NCBI RefSeq assembly: GCF_009914755.1
Contig: NC_060926.1
DNA: 64,000 nt
From: the human T2T-CHM13v2.0 reference genome, Homo sapiens
Strand: one strand, 5' to 3'
In this document: piece by piece, positions 42,985 through 56,765 of the stretch
Layout of the letters: every line of letters begins with the position of its first letter
Position numbering within the stretch: position 1 is the first letter of the stretch
Notes under the pieces: model-generated
What the model saw: only the letters and a program-made list of their open reading frames with translations
Told to the model about the DNA's origin: nothing
Databases searched by the model: none
Program-made: the position numbers and the translations under genes

Positions 42985-45900
42985 TTTTTTTTTTTACAAA
43001 ATATGCTAATTTTACTAAGTACTCTGTCATACACTGGCAACCTCTTTAACATCTAGAGACTAAATGTCACAAAATTAGGACTCATTTGTCCATTATATAC
43101 ACTATATACAGAGCAAAACAAAATGCATGAAACATACAGAAAAATGGTGTCTGAAAATGTCCAATTATGAACACACTAGCATATTACTTTTGGCAATTTC
43201 TTCCCTCCCACCTCCTCTGAACCATTGAACAAGTATAGACAGTACTATACTGCTCACAAAGGTGGCTTCACAATTAAATTTCCAAAAGACAACATTTCCC
43301 ATGAATTTTAGCAAAAAGATATTTACAAAGTGGTATTTTACTACCTCTACATTTAACATACATTGGGCACCTCTAAACATCTAGGTAGACTAGATGTTTC
43401 AAGTAAGGAGTGAATTCATCCACTCCACACAGCAGTCTTGAATAAACTGCAAACATGTAACAACAGTTATAATTTGAAAGAGTCTTCCAAATATGAACAT
43501 TCTGGCCTAGAACCTTTCCTATCTTCATCAACCCAGTGGGCAAGAATGCTCACATTTTCAGAAGACAATCTTTCCTATGACTTTTAAAACAAAATGTACA
43601 AAATATATTAGTTTACTAACTATTTTGGACATACACTGGCAACCTCTTTAACATCTACAAGAACTGGATTTGTAAATTAGGTTTCATTTGTCCTATATGT
43701 ACACTATAGACACAGGTAAGTAAAGCAAGTCAGGGACACCCACCCCGCTGATGATGCTGGGTTCCTGCGCCTTGGGAGGAGGCTCTGCATGAGGCAGTGT
43801 CCCCAGAGTCTGCCCCACATCAGGGTGACTGCTGAGCCTGATGCTTCCAGTGGTCAAGCCTAGGGTCCCCAATCCACTCCCAGAGGCACCACATGGAGTA
43901 GGGCTATGAGCCAAGTGAGGAGGAGCCCAGGACCACCACTGAGCACCAGGGCCATCAAAAGAACTTGTGGCGATGTCACCCCTGCCCTGGATGCCAGCCC
44001 ACGGCCAGAAAGGACCTGGAGCCCCTGCCCCAGGCTGCAAGGAGGCATGGCCAGGGCTGCACACTCCACGAAGCCTACAGGAGCCAGGGACAAGCAGAAG
44101 CCCTGGCCCTTCAGAGTTGGCAGGGCAGGAGCTCCCTAGGTGCAGCTGCAGCCAACCTGACATGGCTGTGGACCCAGGCATCTCTGCACTCTCAGGGCCC
44201 AGCAAGCACCCCCTTCCCCCTGCAGGCTCAAGTGTGCCTGCTCCTGCTGCCTGGCTTCTCCTCATTGTTGGCACCCACTCCAATCTTGGAGCAAGGGCAG
44301 GGCCAAGCCCAGGCACTGTCACAGCCTGGCTGGGGGTGCACACACTCAGGGCAGTACTGACATACAAGCCTGCTGCCACCTCAGCCCCCTCCAGACTTTG
44401 GTGCCCACAAGCATGGGAGGGAGGCCAAGGGGACACTGAGGACAGCCCAGCACTGGCCTGCAGGTGCCCCTTGGCATGAACAGCCTGGGCACCATGAACA
44501 GCAGCAGGAGGCAGACAGGCTCCTGGGCAGAAGGGGGAGGGTCCCCAGTGAAGCCCAGCTTTCAAGCCGGAGAGGGCCTGAAGCCTGGGGGCTGGGCCAC
44601 TGGTCCCACAGCCCAGAGGGGGAACTTGTGGTGCTTTTTTCTGGGCCCATCCATGGTCACCCATAAGCCAATCAGCACACACTTCCTCTCCTCTGTGGCC
44701 CATAAAAACCCCAGACTCAGCCAGACTCAAACAGAGGACAGAGAGACGATGGGGAGGTGATGGGATGACCAGCTGCAAAGAGGAACCACCCTTTCTGCTG
44801 AGAGCTGGACATTCATCAGGACAACCTGCCTAGCAGAGAGGAACTACCCTCTCTGCTGACAGCTGAAGAGATGATGGGATGACCAGCTGCAGAAAGGAGC
44901 TGCCCCTTCTGCTGAGAGCTGAACACTCTTTAGGACACCCTGGCTATGGAGAGGAGCTGCCTACTGCAGGTTTCCTCTGAGCTGTTCTATTGCTCAATAA
45001 AGCTCCTCTTCATCTTGCTCACCCTCCTCTTATCTGCACACCTCATTCTTTCTGGTCGCAGGACAAGAACTTGGGACCTCCTGAATGGTAAGGCTAAAAG
45101 AGCTATAACAAAAACAGAGCTGAAATATGCCCCTTGCTCACCACATTGTGGGTAAAGAGAAGGAGAGAAGAGCTGTGGCCCTTCAGGGAGCCCAGACCTG
45201 GGAGTTCCCCAAGCCAGGGCTGTGACTCCCTCTTTGGGACCTGTGGTTCCTGGCATCTCCAATCTTCTGGGCACTACCACATTCCCCAGTGCCAGCCAGG
45301 GAAGCAGCTTGTAGTGCACCTGGTCCAGCCACAGCCTCTCAGAGAACCAGCACCCAGGCCAGCATCTGGAGCCGCCCACCCTGTGGCAGCAGTGGGTGTG
45401 TCTGTGTGACCCCACACTCACTCACACACCCCTCACCACTCAATGACTGACCTGCAGTCTCCCTTGGAGGCATGAGATGCAGGCTGATAGCATGCAGCCT
45501 GCTAGTCCAAGTGGGCGGAACAAGCCCAGTGGGCCCAAGCAAAACTCAGGCAAAGGCACAACTAGCCACAGAGTTTCCCAGCCAGAAAAGCGACACCCCA
45601 AAGATCTCATAACAACAGATCTCATCCATTGAAACACAGCAGTCACCTGGGACCCAGATCTGCACAGCTCCATGGCCTAAAGAGGTGACCAAACCTGCCT
45701 GTGTCCACAGACCTCCTTCCCAGGCCCTCCACACCCTAATGGCATTTGCCGCATTTGGGTGGTCACCATGCTTCCCAGCCTGCCATTCCCACTGACTTCA
45801 AAAAATGCTGCATCCTGGCAGCTCAATGGGGGTTTCATGTAGGCCAAGCAGGGTTGAGCTGGGATACCCAGCAGTGGCCAGTGGGGTCCAGGCTTGGAGA

Positions 45901-46121
45901 GGCCACCACCATTAGTCACCAAGGTGAGGTAGGGAAGAGAGGTTCACCACTGCTTCAAGGCCTGGGCCTGGCCAATGGGTAGCCACAGCAAAGGCCCCGG
46001 GTGTCTGCAGGGCAGAGGGTGCAGCTTGTCCTGGGCCCCCTCAGCTCACCTGCTACCCAGAGGGCCCTGGAGGAGCACGCTGTGCTCTGCATCTCACCAT
46101 GCTCTCTGCTAGACTGGAGCT
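42985..46121 (-). pseudogene. Processed copy of lncRNA NORAD (LINC00657) 5' ~1.5 kb, interrupted by a MER52 LTR
   Basis: Minus strand starts agctccagtctagcagagagc..gctcctccagggccctc and contains gaacctctcttccctacctcaccttggtgactaatgg, matching the recalled NORAD 5' end with CpG decay; 3' part has ~300-nt repeat units with TGTANATA elements; T11 tail at 42985; TSD aaggtttttatt at 42970 and 46123. Confidence 0.85.
43966..45614 (+). mobile_element. MER52-family ERV1 solo LTR
   Basis: TG..CA ends; ccagccagaaaagcgacaccccaaagatctcataaca 3' end; CCAAT 44668, cataaaa 44701, AATAAA 44996; ~58-bp internal repeats 44760-44960; TSD not resolved. Confidence 0.85.
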
Positions 46122-46486
46122 CAAGGTTTTTATTTTTTACCAAAATTAAGTCAGTATTATTCTAAAGTCGATAGTGAAGAATTAGAAAGTATATTGTAAT
46201 TCCTAGAGCAACTACTAAGAAAATATATATATATGTATATGACTACATATATGCATCCATGTTAAATAAATCTACCGTGAATCTAATTGGCACACTAAAT
46301 TACTGAACATAAAAGACAGCTGTAAACAGGAACAGAAAAACAAAAAATACATTAGACACAGAAAACAAAGAAAAATGTCAAATGTAAATCTGATCATATT
46401 AATAATTACACTAAAAAAGAATGTACTAAGTTATTTAATTAAAAGGCAAAAATTGCCTGACTGATTAAAAAAGCAAGAAGCAACTA

Positions 46487-46718
46487 TAAGTTGAGCATGC
46501 CCTATCTGAAATGCTGGGGCCAGAAGTGTTTCGGATTTCTGATTTTTTCCGATTTGGGGATATTTGCACTATTTACCAGTTGAGCGTCCCAAATGAAAAA
46601 TTAGAAATAAAAAATACTCCAATGAGCATTTCCTTTAAGCATCATGTTTGCACTCAAATAGTTTCAGATTTTAGAGCATTATGGATTTCAGATTTTCACA
46701 TTTGGGATGCTCAACCTG
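46487..46718. mobile_element. Tigger4/MER46 MITE
   Basis: TIRs gttgagcat..atgctcaacctg followed by TA. Confidence 0.75.
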
Positions 46719-47647
46719 TATTTACTATCTATAAGACAGATACCACACATTCAAAGACATACATAGGTTGATAACAAAAGGATAAGAAAAGATGAACCAC
46801 TATTACAAACAGTATATATAAGACAGCTGAGTGGCTATATTATTATCAGACAAAATAAATTTTTAAGAAATATTATGGATAAAATGGTGAAAGCATACAA
46901 TTTATAATAAATGTTTACACACCTAACAACAGAATCTCAATATATATGAAGCAAAATCTGAAAAACCAAAAGAAAAATGACAACAATAATAGTTAGAAAT
47001 TGTCATATCCCATTCTCCATAGTTCATAGAACAAATGGAAATTCATTAAGTCTATAGGAGACTTAGACAATACTATTTACACACTTAGCCTAAGCGATAT
47101 GTAGAATGTTCTACCCAATGACTGCATAATATACATTCTTTTCAAGCATGTATGAGACATTCTTCAGGGTCTACCATATGCTAGATTATAAAATAAGTTT
47201 TAATAAATTTAACATGAATAAAATCATAAAATATTTTCTGAGTACAATAGAATTAAATATGAAATTCCCAAATATTTGGAAATTAACATACTCCTAAATA
47301 ATCTATGGGTCAAAAAATAAATTACAAAAAGAATTAGAGAAGAATTTGAAGCAAGTGAAACTGCAGAAATTTATGGGCTGCAGTACTAAAACAATGCTTA
47401 GAGAGACCTTTATAGATTTAAAAGCCTTTATCAGAAAAGAAAAAAAGGCCTTAAATCTGTAAACTTAGCTTTTCTCTTAAGACACTAAAATAAAAATAAC
47501 AAACCCAAAGCAAGCAAAAGAAAGTAAATATAAAGACTACAGCAGATATCAACAAAATAGAAAACAAATTATATAGGGAAAAAAACTATGAAACAAATAG
47601 TTCTTTGAATAAAACAACAAAATTGACAAATCTTTAGATAGAATGAC

Positions 47648-48132
47648 TATAGTGAACTGAACGGTGTCCCCCAAAAAGCCATGTCTGTAACCTAATCCCT
47701 GAGGTCTGTGAATATTACCTGATACAGCAAAAGACTGAATATTACCATCTGAAGCAAATGATGTAATCAAGTTAATAACCTTGAAGGAAGGAGATTATCT
47801 TGAATTACACAGGTGGGCCCTAAATGCAATAACATGTAACCTTACAAGAGAGAATAAGTGGGAGCGTTAAGACAGAAGAAGAAGATAAGGCAATGTGACC
47901 ATGGAGGCAGAGATTGGAGTGGTGGGGCCACAAGCCAAGGGATGCCTGGAGCCACTAGAAGCTGGAAGGCTAAGGAATGGTTTCTCTCTTAGAGCCTTCA
48001 GAGGGTTCATGGCTTTGCCAACACCTCAACTTTGGACTTCTGGCATCCAGAACCGTGAGAGAATAAATTTATGTTATTTTAAGCCATCCAGTTTGTGGGA
48101 ATCAGTTTCAGGAACCACAGGAAACTAATACA
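47648..48132 (+). mobile_element. MLT1C/D MaLR LTR
   Basis: ggaggcagagattggagtgg..ccacaagccaagg..ggaaactaataca; 5-bp TSD atgac/ctgac. Confidence 0.85.
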
Positions 48133-48532
48133 CTGACCAAGGGGGGAAAGAAAGAAAGATAAATTACCAGAACCAGAAATATTAAAAAGGAGCATTGCTA
48201 CCAATCTTACTGAAACCCAGGCTTAAATCATGTTCATCATTATTGGATCAAGGAGATCTATTGCTACTCTAACAGGGTCTGCTGGCTGAAAGAAAATCAC
48301 ATCTTCTCTGGAAGAATAACAGATCCGCAACATTACCTATAAATTTTGATACACAAAGCCTGACATTAAACGGAAACTTAACAGGCATGGCAAGAAGAAA
48401 GACCAAATAAGAATAAAATGCTAAAATACAAAAGCAGCAGACCCAGCAGCAATCCAAATATTGGAGTTAGATATTGAAATAACTGTTTAATATGTTTGTG
48501 AAAATAGATTGGGATGTACAGAATATTACCAG

Positions 48533-48942
48533 TGTATTAGGCCATTCTTACATTACTGTAAAGAAATACCAGGACTGGGTAATTTATAAAGAGAAGAGGA
48601 TAATTGGTTCACAGTTTTGTAGGCTATACAGGAAGCAAGGCACCAGCATCTGCTTGGCTTCTGGTGAGGGTCTCAGGAAGCTTACAATCGTGGCGCATCA
48701 TGAAGCGGGAGCAAACGTCTCACATGGTGGAAGTAGGAGCAAGAGAGAGAGGGGGAGAGGGATGTGCCACACACTTTTAAACAACGAGATTCCGCAAGAA
48801 CTCACTCACTGTGGAGAGGACAGCACCAAGGCATGAGGGATCCACCCCCAATACCCAAGCACTTCCCACCAGGTCCCACCTCCAACATTGGGGATTACAT
48901 ATCAACATGAGATTTAGGGGGACAAATATTTAAGCCATGTCA
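48533..48942 (-). mobile_element. MSTA/MSTB MaLR LTR
   Basis: tgtattaggccattctt..cccacctccaacattggggattaca..caacatgagattt. Confidence 0.85.
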
Positions 48943-49763
48943 ACTATTGAACTGGAATCTATTCTAAAAAGCATCCATAATTTATAAACCTTCCACAAAG
49001 AAAAAGCCCAGAGACTTTCACCAGTGAATTATTCCAAATAATTAAGGAAGAAATAATGCCAATGTTACACAGGCTTTTCTAGAGAATATAAAAAGAAAGA
49101 ACACTTCCCAATTCCTTTTACGAGACTAGCATAACATTGACAGCAAAACTTGACAAGGACATTACAAGAAAAAAGACAAGCCAATCTATTTTATGAATAC
49201 AGATGCAAATATTCTAAATAAATGGAATTTAGCAATACATGAAAAAGGTAGTTCATCACAATCAAACTGAGTTCATTCTAGGAATTTAAGGTTGGTTTAA
49301 CGTTTGAAAATTAATGTAATTTACCACATTCACAGAATAAAGAAAAAAACTCATATTTTCATCCCAATGGGTGCAGAAAAATATCTGATAAGATTCAACA
49401 TCCATTCGTGATTTTTTTAGATGTCAGCAAAATTAGAAAGAAACTTCCTTAATTTAATGGTGTATATTTTTAAAACCTATGACAAACACTATATTTAACA
49501 ATAAAATATTAAAAGCTTTACCCCTGAGATCTGGAATATAACAAGAATGCCAGCCATCACCACTTTAATTCAACTTTGAGCTAACCAATGGAACAAAATA
49601 AGGAAAAGAAATAAATGGTATAAGAAATGGAAAGGAAAAAATGAAATTGTCAGTATTCACAGATGACATGTAGAAATCCAGAAGAATACACATATGACTT
49701 ATTAGAATTAATAAGTGAATTTAGCAAAGTTGCTGATACAAAATCCAAAAAAAAGTATTTTTA

Positions 49764-50298
49764 TGTATAGTCACCCCCCCTTACCACTTTATCCATAGAG
49801 AATACATTCCAAGCCCCACAGTAGATGCCTGAAACATGGATAGTATTGAATCCTATATGTGGTATGTTTTCTTCTATACCTACATACCTATGATAAACTT
49901 AACCTTTTCACTTAAAGGAGGTACTTTATGGCTTTGGCATATCTGAATTACCAGCATTACTACTCTTACACTTTGGGACCATTATTAAATAAAATAAGGA
50001 TTACTCGAACATATCAACTGTTGTGATACTGCAGCAGTCAATCTGATAAGCAAGACAGCCACTAAGTGATTAAATGGTCAGGTAGCATAGACATTGTAGA
50101 CATGCTAGACAACAGGATGAGTCACATCCCAGGGCGGACAGAGCAGGTTGGCACAAGATTTCATCACTCAGAATGACACAGTTTAAAAGTCATAAATTAT
50201 TTATTTCTGGAATTTTCCATTTAACATTTTTGGACCACAGTTGACTATGGATAACTGAAACTCCAGAAATCAAAAACACAGGTAAGAAAAGATTACTG
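49764..50298 (+). mobile_element. MER44B-like (Tigger7 derivative)
   Basis: ttccaagccccacagtagatgcctgaaac..gattactg followed by TA. Confidence 0.75.
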
Positions 50299-50727
50299 TA
50301 CCTACCAGCCAAAAAGAATTTGAAAATAAAACTTTTTAACATGACATAATTTTTAAATAACATTTTTATTTAAAAAATTAATACCATGAAATTAGTCTAA
50401 TGAAAGATGTGCAAAACTCAATACACAAAGCAAGAAAACATTACTGAGGGAAAATAAAAACTTGGGTGGGAAAGGAAATTTTATAATTAAGTAATGGAAG
50501 ACTCAACATTGCAAAGGCATCATTTTTCCTTTATATTGATCTATAGATTCCATGCAATCACAATCAAAAACCTTTGCTGAAATTTTTCAGTGAAAAATGA
50601 CAAGATGATTCAAAAATTGTTAGGAAAATTCCAAGGGCCTACAATAGCCACTGCAATCTTGAAGGAGAACAACACTGGCAGTGTGCTGAGGAAAACATGA
50701 TCTTTACATTAAATGGTTTCTGAGTAA

Positions 50728-51129
<402 letters not shown>

Positions 51130-52166
51130 TAAAACAGCAAAGCTCCTAGATGATAACAAAAGAACATACCTTTACAACCTTTCTTACACAGAACATAAAA
51201 AAAATTAAACACAAAGGAAAAGATCATAAATTGGAATATATTATTCTTTTTATCAAAAGACAGCCTTTGTTCATCAAAAGGCAATTTTTTTAAAGACAAT
51301 TTTAAGAGAGTGAAAAATAGAAGACATTTGCAACACAGATATTCAACAAAGGACTTATATTCTGATTATATTTAAAAAAACACTGGAAATCAACTTAAAA
51401 ACCCAGCAACCAGTCTTAATTAATGGGCAAGATACTTATAAAAGAGGATATCCAAATAACTAATGAATGTATAAAATCGTATACAATATTATTAGTAATT
51501 ACAAAAATCTACTTTAAAACCACAATGCGATGTCATTATACACCACCAAACTGGCTATTTTTTGTTACAAAACAGACTATAACAAGTGTGGGTGAGGATG
51601 TAGAATAATGGAAATTGTCCGTTGCTGCTGGTATGAATGCAAATGGATGAAACCACTTTAGAAAACAGTTTATCATTATCTACTAAATCTGAACATACAC
51701 ATACCCTTTGACCCGGCACTCCCACTTCAAGTTACATAGCTAACAGAAATACATGTTTATGAGCACCAAAGACACGTGCAAGAATATAGTACATAATTTG
51801 AAATAGCCAGAAACTGAAAACAGCACAAATGTTCATTATCAACAAACAGGATACATAACTTGGGCATATTCAGAATGAATTTGTTCTTGATCTTGTTGTA
51901 CTTGTGAACTACAGCTATTCCCACAAGTATCTAACATAATGTTGAGAGAAAGAATCCAGACCCAAAAGGGCACTGGCTGTACGATTCCATTGCTACATAT
52001 CTTATATAAAGATAGAATAAGTTACCTTTTGGGAAGGGATCCTGACCAGAAGACAGCAAGAGGAAAGCCTGTGGGGTGGTGGTAATGTATTCTTCACCTA
52101 AGTGATGGTTACATGGGTGTGTTTATTTAGTAAAAATTCAAAAGGGTTATATAAATATAATATATA

Positions 52167-52225
52167 CAGTCGGCGGCCTCTGTATCCATAGGTTCTGCAT
52201 CTGTGGATTCAACCAACTGCAGAAT
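52167..52225. mobile_element. MER2 terminal fragment
   Basis: cagtcggc..ctctgtatccataggttctgcatctgtggattcaaccaactgc. Confidence 0.7.
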
Positions 52226-53039
52226 TAGCCGTTGTCTTTCCAGTGTTGGAGATGAATTCACACTGATTCATCTCTCTTTACTCATCTTCCACCCCTACCC
52301 CCACCCACCAATAATCATGGCCATTTATTTTACTATGATCAGGCAAAGATGGGCTGCAGTATTTGTCTCTGAAGAGGACAAAGGTGACTGGCTCCTGTGG
52401 TGCTTTAGGACCAGCTTTCCTGACTCCCAGTCTTACTCTACTTTGGGAAGGCAGTCTGGACAGGAGACACAGCCATGGAAGTCACCAGCACATGGATGGT
52501 AGTGAAGACCTGGTTCTAGAAGAGCTCACGCTGAGCATGCAAGTGTGGGGTGAGGAGACGGCTGAGGCTAGAACACTGGATGGAAAATGCCAGCATTTAA
52601 AGAGTAAACAACTAGAGATGCCATAAGACAGAAATTAGGAGAGGGCCATTCTAATGAGTCTGCACATTCTGCTCCAGGAAAAGTCTGAATCTGTGACTAT
52701 GAGCCCAAGGAGCACAAAGGAGTGGTAGAAGCAGGTCCAGGTCTGAATCTCAGCCATCCAGCAACAGGTGCTGAGAGAAGGAGAAGCAAGCACAATGTCT
52801 TTGTTCCTGGAACCAGTTCCAAAAACAAAATGACATTGTCCTCTCCCTCTTCTGCAGCACAAAAGCAAACTGTCACTGAGCAGATGCTTCCCATGGGTCT
52901 CCCTTCAGTGGCCCTGGGGCAGAGAATGGCTCCACCCAAATATGGGCAGCTCTGAGTGCAATCCTAGGATGGCGCAATAGTTCCAACTCTAATGCGCTAG
53001 TGGCTCATTAGGACTAAATTAGTCCACAGCTACTAATAC

Positions 53040-53585
<546 letters not shown>

Positions 53586-54283
53586 TTTTAACCTCAATTT
53601 TTATTCTCAGGTTTCTAAACTTACTCTACTGAACATCTCTTGGAGCAAATGACTTGCCCTCCAAAAATACACCACCAGACACTCCTATTGGAATCATCTC
53701 CCTTGAACACCCCTTTCATCCTGACGTTGGCTCCTTGTTCTCTCCAATGTTAATTGTGAACTCTATTCCCTCCAACTTCTAGCCTCTCCTTATCTGCTCA
53801 CCTGCTCTCACTGCTCCCAAGCAGCGATGTCTCCTTAGAGGCAACCTCTCTCTGTATGCCTGTGTCCCCCACCCTCACCAACCATTGCCTCATCTTCAAC
53901 TCGAGCCTCATCGCTTCTCTTTCCCTTCAAACGCCTCCACATAATTGAAGCTGTCACTAACCCACCTGACACTCCCTGCCTTCTGAGATCTTGTAGCATC
54001 ACACCTGCACTACATAATTTGCGCTTCATTATATTCGATGGAGCACGTGGGGAATCTTTTAAAATATGGCCAATTGTGGGCCCAGAGTATTTCCAGGGAA
54101 ACCAGCAGGCCATCTCCTAAAAAACCTTAGAGGGTGACATTCATTAGCTTAAAAAATATTTTAAAAATGGTTCAGAATTTCTCTCCTGGACTTGCAGGCT
54201 CAGACACCAAATGTGCCATCATACCATGAGTAGACTATTTCTTAGGAAAGACTTACCTTACCCAGGCCCATAAGATCCTCTGG

Positions 54284-54492
54284 TCATTTGTCATAAACAG
54301 TAAATGCAAGAGGTGATGCACCTACTGGATACACAGACTCAGTGAGATCTTCCCAGAGGGAGGTGGGAAAGTGACTCTTCCCTGCCTTGGCCTTCAGGCA
54401 CCTCTATTTCTATGCCAGGCCTGTCTCTTCACCCTGATTTAACCTCAGAAAATTCATAACCATGTGAAAAGGAGAAAATAAAATAAAGATAG
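54284..54492. repeat. Local direct duplication, copy 2
   Basis: Colinear with 53040-53261. Confidence 0.9.
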
Positions 54493-54499
54493 TGCCAGT

Positions 54500-55125
54500 A
54501 CAGAAGAGTGGTTATGAGTTTAGACACCAACGCCAGACTGCCTGGATTCAGACTGACTTTACTACTTGCTAGCTTGGGCCAAGTACAGAGCCTTTCTGGG
54601 CTATATTTCCTTGTTTGTTAAATAGAGATATTAATAGATAGTAACATCCTCAAAGATTGTGGTGATGATTAAATGAGCGATAACTGTTGTGAGGATTAAA
54701 TGTGTAAAGTGCTTGGAACAAAGCCTTGCACCTAGTAAGCACTCAGTAGAGGTTAGCTATTATTTTTAATTAAACCAGAGGAGTAGTTTATTGATTTATG
54801 ATTTCGAATATAAGTGTTGCAAAGAAGTTATAAACTCTAGCCAGCCTAGCCTCTGCTTAGTAAACATGGACCAAGAGCAAGAACTTTTTTATGGGATTCA
54901 AATAATGAGAAGCAATAGAGAATGATGCTTTTAATCCTGGCTCCAGTACTTAACTGTGTAAACTTGGGTGGCCTATTTAATTTCTCCAAGCCTCAGTTTC
55001 TTCATCTGTAAAACAGAGATGGTGATAGGATCTTCATCACAGGGTTATTATTAAGATTCACGGAGAAAGTCCACATAGGGCTTCGCACTGCGGCCCAGCA
55101 CATAGAAACCATTCAATATATAATA
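54500..55125 (+). mobile_element. Two adjacent MIR copies
   Basis: gttgtgaggattaaatg; gcctcagtttcttcatctgtaaaacagagatg. Confidence 0.7.
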
Positions 55126-56765
55126 GGTCTTGTTAATATTTAGCGTCTTGAAACAATCAGCCCCTCCTTCTCTCTTTTCCATGTTTTATTTTCTTCAACA
55201 CCCAGATCTCATCTTTTGACACTTTGATCTGTATGCACATTCATAAAGAACTTTCAAAGAGCCTAGATTACCACAGAGAAGACCTGCTCATCTGTAGTGT
55301 AAAGACAGGTGCCCAGTGGAAAGACCCACACTTTAGTGTGATCCTGACATATGATTTGTGTTACATTGGGCTGGATACTTAACATTAGACTCATTTTTCC
55401 TCATCTTGAGAGATCAATAGTCAATCAATATGAAAGTGATTTTAAAAGTTTAAGGTACTATACAATGTCAAAAACTATTTTATACCATTACTTGAAAAAG
55501 AACACACAGTGACGGGAAACATACTGGACCCCAAAATACAAGACTTGGATTCCACATCTGCAAACTAGAGATACTAATAATGTTTTAATGGCACTAGCTG
55601 AGGTGAAATGAGGGATGTAAAGCTCTGAGAAAAGACAGATTCTATAGAAATGGCAAACAGAATGTAATCCTAGTGTGGGAGGGATATTGAGGCACCTCAC
55701 TTCTGGCGACTCAGAATTTAGGTGAGCAATGAAGCACAAAATGAACCCAGAATTTGCTCCTTAGATATTTCCTTGTCTTTCCCCCATCTATTACTATGGC
55801 CAGCTCCCCAACTAAGAACCAAGGACTGAAACCCAAGTTTGTCAGGAATCCGATTCTTATTTCTCATTTATCTGTACTTAGGTTCATTAGAGACTCAGGA
55901 CTGGGTTTTCTTCCATGCCTGGAAAATATTATATCCACCAGTCACCTGCAAGTATGAACACTGAACTTCAAAGCAAACGACTGAGTCCGAAAATAGATTC
56001 TTTCTCCAAAGGGCACTAATAGAAGATTTGCCCCAAAGTTTTGAAATCCAGAATGCCTGGAACATCCTTGTGGAGTCATAACTAAGCAGGCATACTGCAA
56101 AAGGCCTCACAGCTCCAACGTCTATGCATATTATGGGACAGAACTCCCATTGACCTAAGAATAGTCATGTTGGCTGACAACCAACGTCCTCCTACTTGTC
56201 TTCTGGGTATGATGGGTGTTAAAATGCAAAATGCTCCAAAATAACTATACGTCAAAGTTCTCAGTCATTTGCAGCTTACTGTTAATAAGTATCAGATCTT
56301 TTTGTGAAGAAGTGTTACCTTTTCAAGGGGGAAAACCCTACACTAAATCAAAAAGCAGTGGACACTAACCACTTTACAATTTTCCTTTGGTCAGGCCTCA
56401 AATTGTTGCTACTGATTCAATTAATTCCAAAGGACCGCTTCATATTATGGAACCACTTCACTTAGGAGAGAGCCTTCCCTTTTTATCTTTAAGAGAAGTA
56501 GCACTGCAGTTTTGAATTTGACCATCTGAACAGTAAGAAATGGAATGCATCAGTTTACTTGAAAATTATACTTGGTCAGAAAAATATCTTAAGAAAAATT
56601 GTAATGTTTCATCACAGTAAAAGATAAATTGTAATCCCACAGAATACTGAGTAGATAAAAGAAAATTAGAAGAACCTAGAAATGTCCATTTATTTCCTTA
56701 CTTGAATTGAGGCAGATGAATTATTTTCTACAACCAAAAACGTACAAGTCCACAAAGAGGTTCTT

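Noticed and set aside
43693-44778. 361-aa minus-strand ORF, the longest in the window
   Set aside because: TTG start, low-complexity G/P/A/L composition, lies antisense across the GC-rich MER52 LTR and runs into the NORAD copy; stop-codon scarcity explains it.
44760-44960. Spaced ~58-bp repeats resembling an array
   Set aside because: Internal tandem repeats typical of MER52 LTRs; not CRISPR, and the DNA is primate.
55491-55557. Possible minus-strand exon (ttgcag/ATGTGG..CAA/gtaatg)
   Set aside because: Weak donor and poor pyrimidine tract; expected by chance.
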